From Candidatus Bathyarchaeia archaeon (GTDB taxonomy: Archaea; Thermoproteota; Bathyarchaeia; 40CM-2-53-6): a stretch of DNA of 64,000 bases. Positions 39,345 to 49,170 of the stretch are shown one piece after another. The position numbers were made by a program, and so were the translations under genes. The first letter of the stretch is position 1. Each line of letters begins with the position of its first letter. The stretch covers positions 535 to 64,534 of the forward strand of contig JBEKPE010000004.1 of NCBI GenBank assembly GCA_049521055.1. The letters run 5' to 3'. The notes beneath the pieces are model-generated. The model was not told where the DNA came from, did no database searches, and was given only the letters and a program-made list of their open reading frames with translations.

Positions 39345-40121
39345 CTACGTTATTGTCAGTGTGCCGTCGCCCTGATACCAGAAGGGCGGCGTATAGCTTG
39401 AGTCGAGTGGGTCTTCGTTGTTTGTATTCTGGACGAAAGGTGACACGACCCCGTAGACTGCGTTGTATATGGTCTGTCCCATCGATAGGCTGGCGAAGAC
39501 TTGGTTTGCTAGGTCGTCCATTTGGCCGTATGTAAGAGAGATTGGTCCGTTGCAGAAGAGGACTGTAGAAGCGCCCGCTGTAAGCATGAAGCCAGCGATA
39601 GACTCCGAGTCAGATGAGATAAGCATCATCAACTTCACGTTGGTTAGCATGCCTGAGGTGTAGTGGTTGCTGAAGAAATTGAGGCTTATCCCAACTATGC
39701 CTGCGTTACCGTTCATATATCCTTGAGCGAAATCGTTTTGGTATTTTGTTTCTATTCCGGAACTGGCTAGTTCTCCGACGTACCAGTATTCGATGTGTTT
39801 CCAGGTGTAAGTGTTGGTTCTCCAGATCACGATGTTGTAGTTGTTTAGTTGGGTGAGTAAGAAGTCTACTGTGACCTGAGTGTTCTTTAGTGTCGTCACT
39901 TGGTATCCGGCGTGCTGTAGATAGTAGGTTATCATGTGATCATATTGCCCCATTGGGGCGACCTGGTCCAAGGACGAGAGTATTACCGCTGATTTTTGTG
40001 ACGCAGCATGTAGAGGGGGAGCAACCATTGAGGTGGATGCGAACACGGGGGTGATGCTTGCTATTGGTACAGTTACCAGGATCATAAGGAGTGCAGCAAA
40101 GATTTTCCGCAAATTTTTCAA
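39345..40121 (-). CDS. secreted hypothetical protein
   Basis: There is an N-terminal signal or anchor, MKNLRKIFAALLMILVTVPIA. I recognise no motif. Confidence 0.35.
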   Translation of the reverse strand: MKNLRKIFAALLMILVTVPIASITPVFASTSMVAPPLHAASQKSAVILSSLDQVAPMGQYDHMITYYLQHAGYQVTTLKNTQVTVDFLLTQLNNYNIVIWRTNTYTWKHIEYWYVGELASSGIETKYQNDFAQGYMNGNAGIVGISLNFFSNHYTSGMLTNVKLMMLISSDSESIAGFMLTAGASTVLFCNGPISLTYGQMDDLANQVFASLSMGQTIYNAVYGVVSPFVQNTNNEDPLDSSYTPPFWYQGDGTLTIT

Positions 40122-40645
40122 ACCTTCGAGGCCGCTAAGGCGTCTAGGAAATAAAGAATATCCTAGAGCAGTGACAAGCGCGAGTGAAAACTAAAGGAAT
40201 AATTTCTCAGAAATTGAGGTAAGAATACCACGCGCCCATGGACGCGCACACTACAATATGTATGGGCCCTTGCTCACCCTCTGACCATTTTTTGATACAG
40301 ACCCGTTAACGCATCGCGGAAGACGATTGAAGAGTTCATGTGCGGGAGGTCATTTGCTGAAGCGAATTAGTAGCAAACCGATGATAACGAGGAGACTCCT
40401 CGGACGATTGTGTCCCATGCTAGGTTTAGTGGGCCGAAGCGCCAGTATGATGCACCGTACGCGTTGCCTAGGTAAACTCCTCCGAACGTGCAAACCAAAC
40501 CGCCAATGTACTTGATTCGCTTGCGCATCGTTGCCAAGATAATCATCCATAAGCTAGATGTGTCCATGCGAGTTGGGTTGTCTGGTCACAGCGCTTTGAA
40601 ACGTTAATATACCGATTATGGTACATCGATGTTTCGGCGCCCGAC

Positions 40646-41413
40646 ATGTCCTTCAAAGCACCATCGAACAACGACGACAGCGAAACCTCGTCGGCAGCAC
40701 CAATTCTCATGCAACTCCCCCGCCCATTGCTCGACTACCGAATCATCATCGCCGTCGTCAAAGGAGACGTCGGCGCAGTAAACATACTCAAAGACGCGTT
40801 AACCGTCTCCAGAGACCTCAAACTAACCAACCCACTACTGGCCCTCGGACCAACAACACCGCTTTCTCTTCAACTCCCACCAGCCTCAAGAATTCTGTGG
40901 GCCACATTCACCGACAACTTCAACTCAACAAACGGTCAACGCCTGACGATTGTCCAACCAAACCACCTAACAGACCTCAGCCTAGGCCTCGAAAGACTCT
41001 CCAAAACCCGAAACGGCCGCGTCCCATTAATCATCGGAGACTTCCTCGACAACGTCCTATCAGTCTCCACAGCCCCAGCAGGCCTCTATTCATTCTTATG
41101 CAGACTCTTCACGAGGATTAGAACGAACGAACAGACCGCCTTCCTCCTAGCCACAGAAGACATGCATGATTCAAAGCAAACAGCAATACTCAAACGGTTC
41201 GCCGACATCATCATCGAGTACAGCGCCACAGAGGATATTGCCGGCCACAGAATCGAAGCCCGCATCCTAGACCATCTACAAAACCAATACGCGTACTGGG
41301 ACAGCTCAATTCCCAAGTTAGACGGAAAATACTACATGCCCCCAAACAGGACCCAAAAATTCGGGCGCCCACAACCTTTCCTGCTCGAGAAACCCGTTAG
41401 AATCCATTACTAG
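40646..41413 (+). CDS. RecA-superfamily (KaiC-like) ATPase-fold protein, possibly degenerate (no clear Walker A)
   Basis: The KaiC-like core and Walker-B-like stretch read LIIGDFLDNVL...TAFLLATEDMHDS...FADIIIEY. No GxxxxGK[ST] is seen. Confidence 0.3.
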   Translation: MSFKAPSNNDDSETSSAAPILMQLPRPLLDYRIIIAVVKGDVGAVNILKDALTVSRDLKLTNPLLALGPTTPLSLQLPPASRILWATFTDNFNSTNGQRLTIVQPNHLTDLSLGLERLSKTRNGRVPLIIGDFLDNVLSVSTAPAGLYSFLCRLFTRIRTNEQTAFLLATEDMHDSKQTAILKRFADIIIEYSATEDIAGHRIEARILDHLQNQYAYWDSSIPKLDGKYYMPPNRTQKFGRPQPFLLEKPVRIHY

Positions 41414-41429
41414 ATTCCCCCAGAATTTT

Positions 41430-41563
41430 TGGCGGGCCCGCGGGGATTTGAACCCCGGACTTCTGCACCCAGTTCGGCCGATTGGGTTCTACAGCTTTAT
41501 CCGGTGTTCCTTAGGGGGTTCGGCAACCGTTCTGCCGCTCTATCCAACCTGAGCTACGGGCCC
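41430..41563 (-). tRNA. tRNA gene with intron(s), 134 nt, encoded CCA
   Basis: On the minus strand: GGGCCCG-TA-GCTCAGGTTGGATAGAGC...CCGGGGTTCAAATCCCCG-CGGGCCC-G-CCA. Confidence 0.7.
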
Positions 41564-41655
41564 GGTAGAAACGTGGCTGCGGCCAAACTAAAAGGATTAA
41601 GGACTGACGGCTGGAAGAAGCTTAATCAATTGAACCATCTTTGTCTCGTCCTTGT

Positions 41656-41810
41656 GCGGGGATACCCGAGCCAGGTCAAAGGGGCAGGACCGCGAAAGTT
41701 GCGGTGTTAAACTTAAGATCGAAGAGTTGACTTGGATAAGGGATCCTGTAGCGTAGAGCCCGCACAGGGCACGTAGGCTTTCAGGGGTTCGAATCCCCTT
41801 CCCCGCACCA
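41656..41810 (+). tRNA. tRNA gene (long variable arm, Leu/Ser-like) with an intron, 155 nt, encoded CCA
   Basis: GCGGGGA-TA-CCCGAGCCAGGTCAAAGGGG...variable stem GCCC/GGGC...CAGGGGTTCGAATCCCCTT-TCCCCGC-A-CCA. The acceptor stem is perfectly paired. Confidence 0.65.
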
Positions 41811-41831
41811 TCCTGCTTAGCTTAGTTTTGA

Positions 41832-42710
41832 TTAGAGTGGGAGTTTGTCGACTAGGTCAACTATGGTTTTTCCGCATCTTCCATCCTTATCGAGAATTGA
41901 ATTATACGCAGTCAAGTTGAACGCCCGCAACTTACCCGTCTTACTAAGCGCCGCTACCACCGTGTTGACGTCATCTGGAGCCAGCCCGTCTTTGCATGGG
42001 TAGTTGACTGCGGGCATGATCGCAGGATCGAGAGCGTCTACGTCAAAATGGCAGATAATCCAGTCAGATTGCTTAGCTAGGGATTCAGCGATTTCCACGC
42101 CCAGCTTGTTAGGGTTCTCTTTGAATTCTGAAGTAGAATAGAGTTTCACTCTACTTGATCTTAGCGCCTCTGATTCCAAGGGATCGAAATCTCTTCCTCC
42201 CAGATGCACAACGGCGTTCTATTCAATGATGGGTTGCTGGTTCTTGATCTGTTGGCTGAATTGGGGGCATCGGCCGCACACGGATGCTAAAGGCATGCCG
42301 CCGACGAATCCTGATGGAGAGGTTTCTGGAGTGTTGAAGTCTCCATGCGCATCAATCCACAGTAACCCCGGTTTGCCATGGAGATGCTGTTTGAGGCTTG
42401 CGGCGCTGCCGACCACTAGGCCGCATTCTCCTCCAAGATAGAAGCTCACACCTTCTTCGCGGATTCCATTTGACGCGTCGAAGATCGCGTCTGTGCATTT
42501 GAGGAAATATTCACTGTTTCTAATATTGGGTGGGCCGCTGTCGCTAGTAAGTGGCGGGAGCGCTACGTCTCCACAGTCCCTGAACTCCACACATCGCTCT
42601 CTCAACGCCCGATCTATTCCCAGGTTGCGAAGAGTCTGAACTGCTAAGCCCATTCCGCTGTACTTGGTCAGAGTGTAAAGAGGTACGCCGATTAGTGATA
42701 TGCTCCGCAT
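41832..42710 (-). pseudogene. arginase/agmatinase/formiminoglutamase-family gene interrupted by a single in-frame TAG (42219-42221)
   Basis: The N-terminal ORF has a GGECGL (GGDHS-like) stretch and DAHGDFNT. The C-terminal ORF has HFDVDALDP (the SxDxDxxDP motif). Both parts are in the same frame and are separated only by TAG-AAC-GCC-GTT-GTG. Confidence 0.5.
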
Positions 42711-42946
42711 GAGTTATTTCCCCTAGTTGTTTTCATTTCAGCAACCCATCTGTTCTTCCACAAACCCCAATTCCACTCGGGCTGAATGGTTTACCTCCCC
42801 ATTGCCTTGTCATTAAACCAAACGGGTGGGCTTCGTGCAAGAACGATTACCGGTTCGTTGCATGAGACGTGCTCGCATAGTACTCTCGTGATCCGGTGAA
42901 CAACAAAAGAGAGAAAGGGGACAGGCCTTTGTGGGCGGTCGAACGT

Positions 42947-45900
42947 CTACTTGCGTCTTCGTTTTAGTAGGTATAGTGATGTTGCGAGGGCTGAGAAGGC
43001 GACAAACGTTACTGCACTGAATTCTGGGACTGGGATGTTGCTTTGCTCCAGGTACACGTTCTGTCCTGAACCGCTCTGGCCTGGTGAGACCGAGACGGAC
43101 CAAGTTTGAGGCGCGTATCCTGGTTGGCTTAAGGTGAACTTGTAGTTGCCCGTGGGTAGGAAGGCCTGGTACACGCCGTCGTACGTGTAGAAGTTCCACG
43201 TCGCGCCGCTAGCGCCAGTTACAGAGATTGTGCCCCAGCTGAGTGTGCGGAACTCGTTGCTCCACGTGAAAGCGAGAACATTCCCACTCACGAACCCGTT
43301 CAGGTCTACTTCGAATATGGCGCTTGCTTCACCGGAGTTGTGCGCGCCGGCAATCTGCCAAACACCCTGTTGCGAGTATGGGCCTAGGTGGTTCGGGGCC
43401 ATTGTGTGGCCGACGAAGTTACTGCTCAAAGCCATGTCCTCCGTCCAGCTGATGCCTGACGGAGCGGTCGTGCCTGGGATTATGTGGTAAGACTCACCCA
43501 TCAGCAGACCGTTAACTGGTGGGTAGTATTGCGCGAACGTGCTGCCTTGCGTTGGTGCTTGTCCACCGCCGCTCGCAGCCTCCATCGTGCTCGTGTTGTT
43601 CGCGTACCATGGGACGAAGTCGGCTTCAGCTGTCCATCCACCTAGGTAGTCGGGTGCACCCGCGATTCCCGTGTAGGGGAACGGATACTGCCCGTACGGG
43701 GCGGGGTAGCAGCTGAGGTCGAAGTCACAAGCCCCAAGCAGATACTTGAGGGGTGAGGGTTTCACTCGTTCTAGTGCTCCGCTCATTAGTGGGTCGGCGA
43801 AGTACGAACCCAGCAAAGCGCTGTTTCCGAGCGGTGCCTGCTGCGGGAGGCCGGCTAGGAGGACATGGAGGAGTGTTGTTCCGCCGGGGAGGAAGTTGTA
43901 AGTGTTCAAGCCGGACGCCGGCGTCTGGTAGTAACCGGAATACGGCAAGGCGCCATCTATGAATGGGTAAAGCGGATTGACACCGTCACCGACCGCGTCC
44001 GTTCCACCCGATGCGGGCAGTACGCCATTCGCCGCGATAGCGTGACCCGTTCTGTCTACGTATGTGCCTTCGCTCGACAGCCATTCAGCCACCAACTGTC
44101 CTTTATCGTTGAATAAACGGACTCGTGCGGACATGTTCATGGCGGTTGGGGTTATGATGCTCTCTTTCTTGAAGAGAATATCCAACGTCACGTTCACCCC
44201 GATGATCAGGTTGATCTTCATATCCGCAACCTGCCCATTCTGAACATAGGCTGAGAAGTCCTTGTCTTGGATGTAGCCGTAAGTGTAGGCGGCTAGGTTG
44301 TATTCGCCCTGGTTGAAGTGAAGCGGCCACGTAAGCGTCGGAGTCGTAAACATACGATCAGTAAGTAGTTTTGGAGCGAGAAGGAAGCCGAAGTAGCCTG
44401 ATCCCGATGTGTAACCGCCCACAAAAGCGTACTCCGCGGATTGGCCGTAGTAGACATCATGCGAATTAGAAAATCCTTGAAGGATATTACGTCCACCTCC
44501 ATCCATCTCAGCGCAATTGAAGGAAGGCGACGTGCCCGTAAGGCAGTCGATTCCCCCAGGACCCTGGAAAAGGCCACCAAAATCTGTGCCGAGGAAGTTT
44601 CCGACGCTTACGGGTAGTTCGGAGGGTTCGAAGCCAAAGTAGTCTGACAGGGTACCAGCCGTACCATTTGTCACGGGATAGAAGCCAACGTCAATCTCGG
44701 AACCAAGGCAAGCGAGGTTCGAGTAGAAGGCGAAGGCGTCAATGTCCGCTCCGGTTTGGCATCCGGACCAGACCCAGTTCCTGCTGACGCGTGGTCGTTC
44801 CCAGTCAATGCTATACACTGATACGTTGAAGCCTGGGCCGAGGAAGAGATGGTCACTTATGGCGGTCGGATTACCGCTCAAGGTGACTGATACCTGTTCG
44901 AGCGGGGTTGGGCTGTAGTAGCCGTTAGCGGCGACGTTCGGAGTGTACGTACCCGAGGGGATACCGTAATTCTCACCACCCCAAGTATCGTTCAAACCCC
45001 AGAACTGAATCGCCGCACGACCCGAAGCAATAGAATCTCTGTTCAACGCCGCCTTGTCCAAGGCACTGCCGTTAGGACAGGGTTGGCTGGGGGCACCGGT
45101 TTCGCCAGATCCCAAGAAGCCATTGTAGCTGTTGAACGTATCAAAATTATCCGCAACAGCTGCGAAAGCATACTGCTCGTATGAATTGCAGCCGGAGCTG
45201 TAGTAGTAGCGGCTGCGATATCCCAACCCTGTTACATTGTATGAGTACACATGCCCATCAGCCCCAACCAAGTCGCCCCAAAGGTATCCCGAGACAGTGT
45301 GGATTGGGCTGGTTACGATTGTGTTGGGTGTGTCGTGGAAATAAACGGTCTTGTTAACCCAGCTTGAGAGACGTATGTCGATTGGTAGTGTGACATCGCC
45401 CGCCCACTCGTTCGGAGTCACATCGAAGTAATATTCCTGGAAAGTTGAACCGTCCAATGCGGTTTGGACATAGCGGAAAGTCCAGGCTCGAACATAGTAT
45501 CGGCCTGCTGTGAGGCCGTTGATCCAAGTAGCGTAAACCTGCGGCACTTCACCGCTGAGGTCCTTGGGAGCACCGTACTCACCCTTCAAACCAAACTCAA
45601 AGTGGAACGGGGTCGTGGTGCCACCCGCAACAAACCAATGCTGCGGAGGACCCACACCCTCAGGATCAGACGCCAAGAGGTTGTTGACGCCGAGTGTGGA
45701 TCCACCGCTACCCGTTGGGAAACTGCAAACGCCAAATACGACACTGAAAGCACTGCAGGGGCCTATGGCGACATCACGCGTGTAACCATTTGTTGTACCG
45801 GTGAAGGGGTTTGGAACGTTGTTGTACGCCGCGCCGTTAACCGTGCTGTACTCATGCCATGGAAACGCAATCTGGCTTCCATCGTGTGGGTCGCCGCAGA

Positions 45901-47464
45901 ACCCGGCAGCACCGTAACCGAGGTAAGCTTCCTGTCCTCCTGCGGTGCACGGTAGCGGGGACCATGAGACTGGTACGCCAGCGCTCTGGTCAACTTGGTT
46001 GTTGAGAGTTGCGTTACTGTAAAGTTCAATCTTGATGTACTGACCGCCGTCCGTCGAGTTTGGCCATGGTTCGTCACCGAACTGATGCTTCGTGAACACG
46101 TTCCCATGAATCACGGGCCCTGGCTGCAGGAAACAATCGAAGTGTAATGATTGGCCCTTGAGAACAGTTACACCACTCTCACACAACACCTGCGGGTAAC
46201 CAGCGGCTTCAGCGTAGATGTCGTAAACGCCTGGTGCGAGGCCTTCTAGTTCATAGTGGCCGTTCGCCGTAGCGTTCACGTACGCTTGAGCGTCGATCGT
46301 GCCTAGGTCCGGTCTGTTCTGACCCGTGTACGGGTCAATGCGCATAGTCATGTGCGCCCAAACTTTACCAGCCTCCGCGATCGGTTGCTGATAGAGGGTT
46401 GAGTTGTAGCCCGCATACCGGAGAGTTCCGGTTATGATGGCTGGATCAGTCTCACCCTTAACCAACACAACAGGCCAGTTATGAGGTGGAACCCAAACGA
46501 ACCCATTCAAAGCCGCGGTGAAGGGTGCGGGCCCGGATAGGGTTGGGCCGACGCCGAAATAGTTCTCGGATGTGCCGCTGGGCGAGAAGGGAGAGGGAAT
46601 GGCGGGATAGCGGATGAAGATCATACTGGAGAGGGCCATCTTGAAAAAGTATCGCCCTGCGGTGGATGGAGCCGTTACGCCATTGATTCTAGCGTAATAC
46701 CATTCCCCCGATCTTGTGAATTGGATGCTTTGGTGATCGTAGTACCTTACACCTGTAAAACAGTCGGGAGGAAAACAGGTAAAATCAACTGCGTGGTCCA
46801 CGGTTATCGCGACCAGGGTCCAGTTCGGCGCATACCTGTCGTAGGGGCTGAGCTTGGCGACGTATACGTGGTCGTAACTGTTCGTTAGGGTTGAGACGAT
46901 TTGTGAGCTGTCAAATGTTGCCGCGCCGGGTACGGTGAATTCAGGCGGTATCAGGATCATCCAGGTGGCCCAATAGCCGCTGTCGCTGAGCGGAGTCTGG
47001 ATTTCCGACTTGGTTACCCCGTTGCTGGGACGGGTACCGCCCTGTGTCGCGCAACCGACGGGATCGTTCCAAAAGCCGGGGGTGCAGGTGGCGTTCAGGG
47101 CGAAGATCAAGTCACCCGTCGAGTTCGTCAGTACGGCGCCGAACGGGGCGTAAGTGTCCCCTTGGAGCTGATACCAAGAATTGCTTGGTGCCCCAGGTGG
47201 GTTGCCGTTCGGGTAGGGTGACTGGTATCCAGGTGAGCAGTTGCTGTTTGCTTGGTTCGGAATTCCCTGGTAAGCACACTGACCGCTACCCGGCCAAACA
47301 TAACCCACCGGCCCAGCGACGTGCGGATCAAAATTGTTAATGTCATACGGGTTGGTTCCCGAGAGGTTGCCCAAGGTGAAGTGTGCTTGCGTTGGGATCA
47401 TGAATGCGAAGGTGCTGATTAGGAAGATGGCGATTGTTAGGGTTGCAGTTAGTTTCTTACTCAA
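42947..47464 (-). CDS. giant secreted surface protein (1505 aa) with a PEF-CTERM sorting signal
   Basis: It has a signal peptide MSKKLTATLTIAIFLISTFAFMIPTQA and a Gly/Tyr/Trp/Asn-rich body with many N-x-[ST] sequons. The C-terminus reads PVPEFSAVTFVAFSALATSLYLLKRRRK. Confidence 0.65.
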   Translation of the reverse strand: MSKKLTATLTIAIFLISTFAFMIPTQAHFTLGNLSGTNPYDINNFDPHVAGPVGYVWPGSGQCAYQGIPNQANSNCSPGYQSPYPNGNPPGAPSNSWYQLQGDTYAPFGAVLTNSTGDLIFALNATCTPGFWNDPVGCATQGGTRPSNGVTKSEIQTPLSDSGYWATWMILIPPEFTVPGAATFDSSQIVSTLTNSYDHVYVAKLSPYDRYAPNWTLVAITVDHAVDFTCFPPDCFTGVRYYDHQSIQFTRSGEWYYARINGVTAPSTAGRYFFKMALSSMIFIRYPAIPSPFSPSGTSENYFGVGPTLSGPAPFTAALNGFVWVPPHNWPVVLVKGETDPAIITGTLRYAGYNSTLYQQPIAEAGKVWAHMTMRIDPYTGQNRPDLGTIDAQAYVNATANGHYELEGLAPGVYDIYAEAAGYPQVLCESGVTVLKGQSLHFDCFLQPGPVIHGNVFTKHQFGDEPWPNSTDGGQYIKIELYSNATLNNQVDQSAGVPVSWSPLPCTAGGQEAYLGYGAAGFCGDPHDGSQIAFPWHEYSTVNGAAYNNVPNPFTGTTNGYTRDVAIGPCSAFSVVFGVCSFPTGSGGSTLGVNNLLASDPEGVGPPQHWFVAGGTTTPFHFEFGLKGEYGAPKDLSGEVPQVYATWINGLTAGRYYVRAWTFRYVQTALDGSTFQEYYFDVTPNEWAGDVTLPIDIRLSSWVNKTVYFHDTPNTIVTSPIHTVSGYLWGDLVGADGHVYSYNVTGLGYRSRYYYSSGCNSYEQYAFAAVADNFDTFNSYNGFLGSGETGAPSQPCPNGSALDKAALNRDSIASGRAAIQFWGLNDTWGGENYGIPSGTYTPNVAANGYYSPTPLEQVSVTLSGNPTAISDHLFLGPGFNVSVYSIDWERPRVSRNWVWSGCQTGADIDAFAFYSNLACLGSEIDVGFYPVTNGTAGTLSDYFGFEPSELPVSVGNFLGTDFGGLFQGPGGIDCLTGTSPSFNCAEMDGGGRNILQGFSNSHDVYYGQSAEYAFVGGYTSGSGYFGFLLAPKLLTDRMFTTPTLTWPLHFNQGEYNLAAYTYGYIQDKDFSAYVQNGQVADMKINLIIGVNVTLDILFKKESIITPTAMNMSARVRLFNDKGQLVAEWLSSEGTYVDRTGHAIAANGVLPASGGTDAVGDGVNPLYPFIDGALPYSGYYQTPASGLNTYNFLPGGTTLLHVLLAGLPQQAPLGNSALLGSYFADPLMSGALERVKPSPLKYLLGACDFDLSCYPAPYGQYPFPYTGIAGAPDYLGGWTAEADFVPWYANNTSTMEAASGGGQAPTQGSTFAQYYPPVNGLLMGESYHIIPGTTAPSGISWTEDMALSSNFVGHTMAPNHLGPYSQQGVWQIAGAHNSGEASAIFEVDLNGFVSGNVLAFTWSNEFRTLSWGTISVTGASGATWNFYTYDGVYQAFLPTGNYKFTLSQPGYAPQTWSVSVSPGQSGSGQNVYLEQSNIPVPEFSAVTFVAFSALATSLYLLKRRRK

Positions 47465-47700
47465 TTATAATTGCCCCACAATTTGGAAACAGAATCCTAG
47501 ATGGCTGCTCGGTTCGCCCGATCAGGTATAAAACACCTAGTCGAAACCCGATACGTCGACGAGGATGCTGATTTCGCGATTAAGCTGCATAAAAACTCCA
47601 GCCAACTCAAACACGCTTCAATTTCATTTCGCCCATGAAGCTTAAGGCCTCAATGTTGAGAGAGTTAGAAGTTTTAGCATAGTGAATCAGATACTTCCGC

Positions 47701-49104
47701 ATGATAGGTCGAATGACATTGCCCGCGCCCCGAATTGATCGTAGGGAAGTGTTGGTTCGTAACGGAGGTTCGTCGGTGAACTGCAGGGCGAGGCGATTCT
47801 GCCTTGAAGCGTTTGAGGCGGCGTTGCGAGCGACCGATCCGGCGAAGGCCGTAGAAAGGTGGCTTCGCATGGAGCGAGGGAGAGTTCAGATTGGCAACGT
47901 CCTGACGCCGACTAATTCTAAGATTCGAGTGATCGCGGTTGGGAAAGCAAGCGCCCCGATGCTCACAGCAGTGTTAAACATTCTAGGGAAACGTCTTGTT
48001 TCTGGCATTCTAGTGGCTCCCAGAAATTCAAGCTTGAAGATCACCGACAAGCGAATCGCAACATTCCACCCAAACCATCCCACCCCCGACCAAGAAGGAG
48101 TTAGAGCCTCCAGGCGCGTCTTAGCAACGATCGAAGCCATGAGAGCAAATGAAGTGTTGCTGTGTTTGATCTCCGGCGGCGCTTCGGCTATGCTGCCGGC
48201 ACCAGCGGCGGGCATTACGCTCAAGGACAAGCGAATGGTTACACAGCAATTGATTTACAGCCGAGCGTCCATTCACAAAATCAACACAGTGCGGAGGCAT
48301 TTGTCAGAACTCAAAGGGGGAAGACTCGTAGAGCGTTCCAAAGCAGGAACTATAATCTCGCTAATCATCTCCGACGTCTCAGGTAATGTTCCCTCAGACA
48401 TTGCATCCGGGATGACCGCAGCCGATCCTACGACCTTCCGAGACGCTGTTAGCGTGTTGGAGGAGTTTAATTTGTGGACCTCAGCCCCACAAAGGGTTAG
48501 GAACCACTTAATGCAAGGGTTAAGGGGAAAAATCCCTGAAACTCCGAAGCCGCGTAATAGCATTTTCAGGAAAGTACACAACTTCGTAGTAGCTGACAAT
48601 CGGACTGCGTGCGAAGCCGCGAGAATGGTTCTACAGAAAAATCATGTTCCAGCTACGATCGTGACATCTTCAGTGGATATGGAGGCGAGAAGCCTAGGAA
48701 AATTGCTCGCATCTGTCGCGAGGGATAGTGAGCAGTTTGGCGGACCCGTCAAGGTCCCCGGGGCGCTAGTTTTCGGCGGCGAGACAACGGTTGAGGTCAA
48801 AGGAAACGGCAAAGGGGGCAGGAACCAGGAGGTGGCTCTCTCATCGGTGGAGCGAATCGGCGGTTTGAATGGAGTCGCCGTAGCCGCTTTGGGAACGGAT
48901 GGAGTAGATGGAAACAGCCCAGCCGCAGGCGCAATCGCAGACCCCCAAACTATTGTACGCGCGAAACGACGGGGCCTCCGTGTTCACGACTTCGCAGAAA
49001 GAAACGATTCCTACAACTTCTTCAGAAAACTAAACGACAACATCCGCACCGGACCAACTGGAACCAACGTTGGAGATCTTTACATTCTAATCCGAACAAG
49101 ATAA
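47701..49104 (+). CDS. glycerate 2-kinase (MOFRL family)
   Basis: The MOFRL N- and C-domains are present, with VIAVGKASAPM and GGETTVEVKGNGKGGRNQE. Confidence 0.6.
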   Translation: MIGRMTLPAPRIDRREVLVRNGGSSVNCRARRFCLEAFEAALRATDPAKAVERWLRMERGRVQIGNVLTPTNSKIRVIAVGKASAPMLTAVLNILGKRLVSGILVAPRNSSLKITDKRIATFHPNHPTPDQEGVRASRRVLATIEAMRANEVLLCLISGGASAMLPAPAAGITLKDKRMVTQQLIYSRASIHKINTVRRHLSELKGGRLVERSKAGTIISLIISDVSGNVPSDIASGMTAADPTTFRDAVSVLEEFNLWTSAPQRVRNHLMQGLRGKIPETPKPRNSIFRKVHNFVVADNRTACEAARMVLQKNHVPATIVTSSVDMEARSLGKLLASVARDSEQFGGPVKVPGALVFGGETTVEVKGNGKGGRNQEVALSSVERIGGLNGVAVAALGTDGVDGNSPAAGAIADPQTIVRAKRRGLRVHDFAERNDSYNFFRKLNDNIRTGPTGTNVGDLYILIRTR

Positions 49105-49170
49105 TATTTTGCGAGCCCCAATTCAGAAAACTAGATTATCTGATGTGCACATTCATGAAGCTGAAGATCG

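Noticed and set aside
40618-41121. 167-aa Arg/Pro-rich ORF
   Set aside because: It is an alternative frame of the KaiC-like gene, with extreme low-complexity composition (RRRQRRRRRSKH...). It is spurious.
43230-47346. Many 60-100-aa plus-strand ORFs inside the giant surface-protein gene
   Set aside because: They are antisense to a long, coherent 1505-aa ORF. The composition is Arg/Ser/Cys-rich junk typical of antisense frames.
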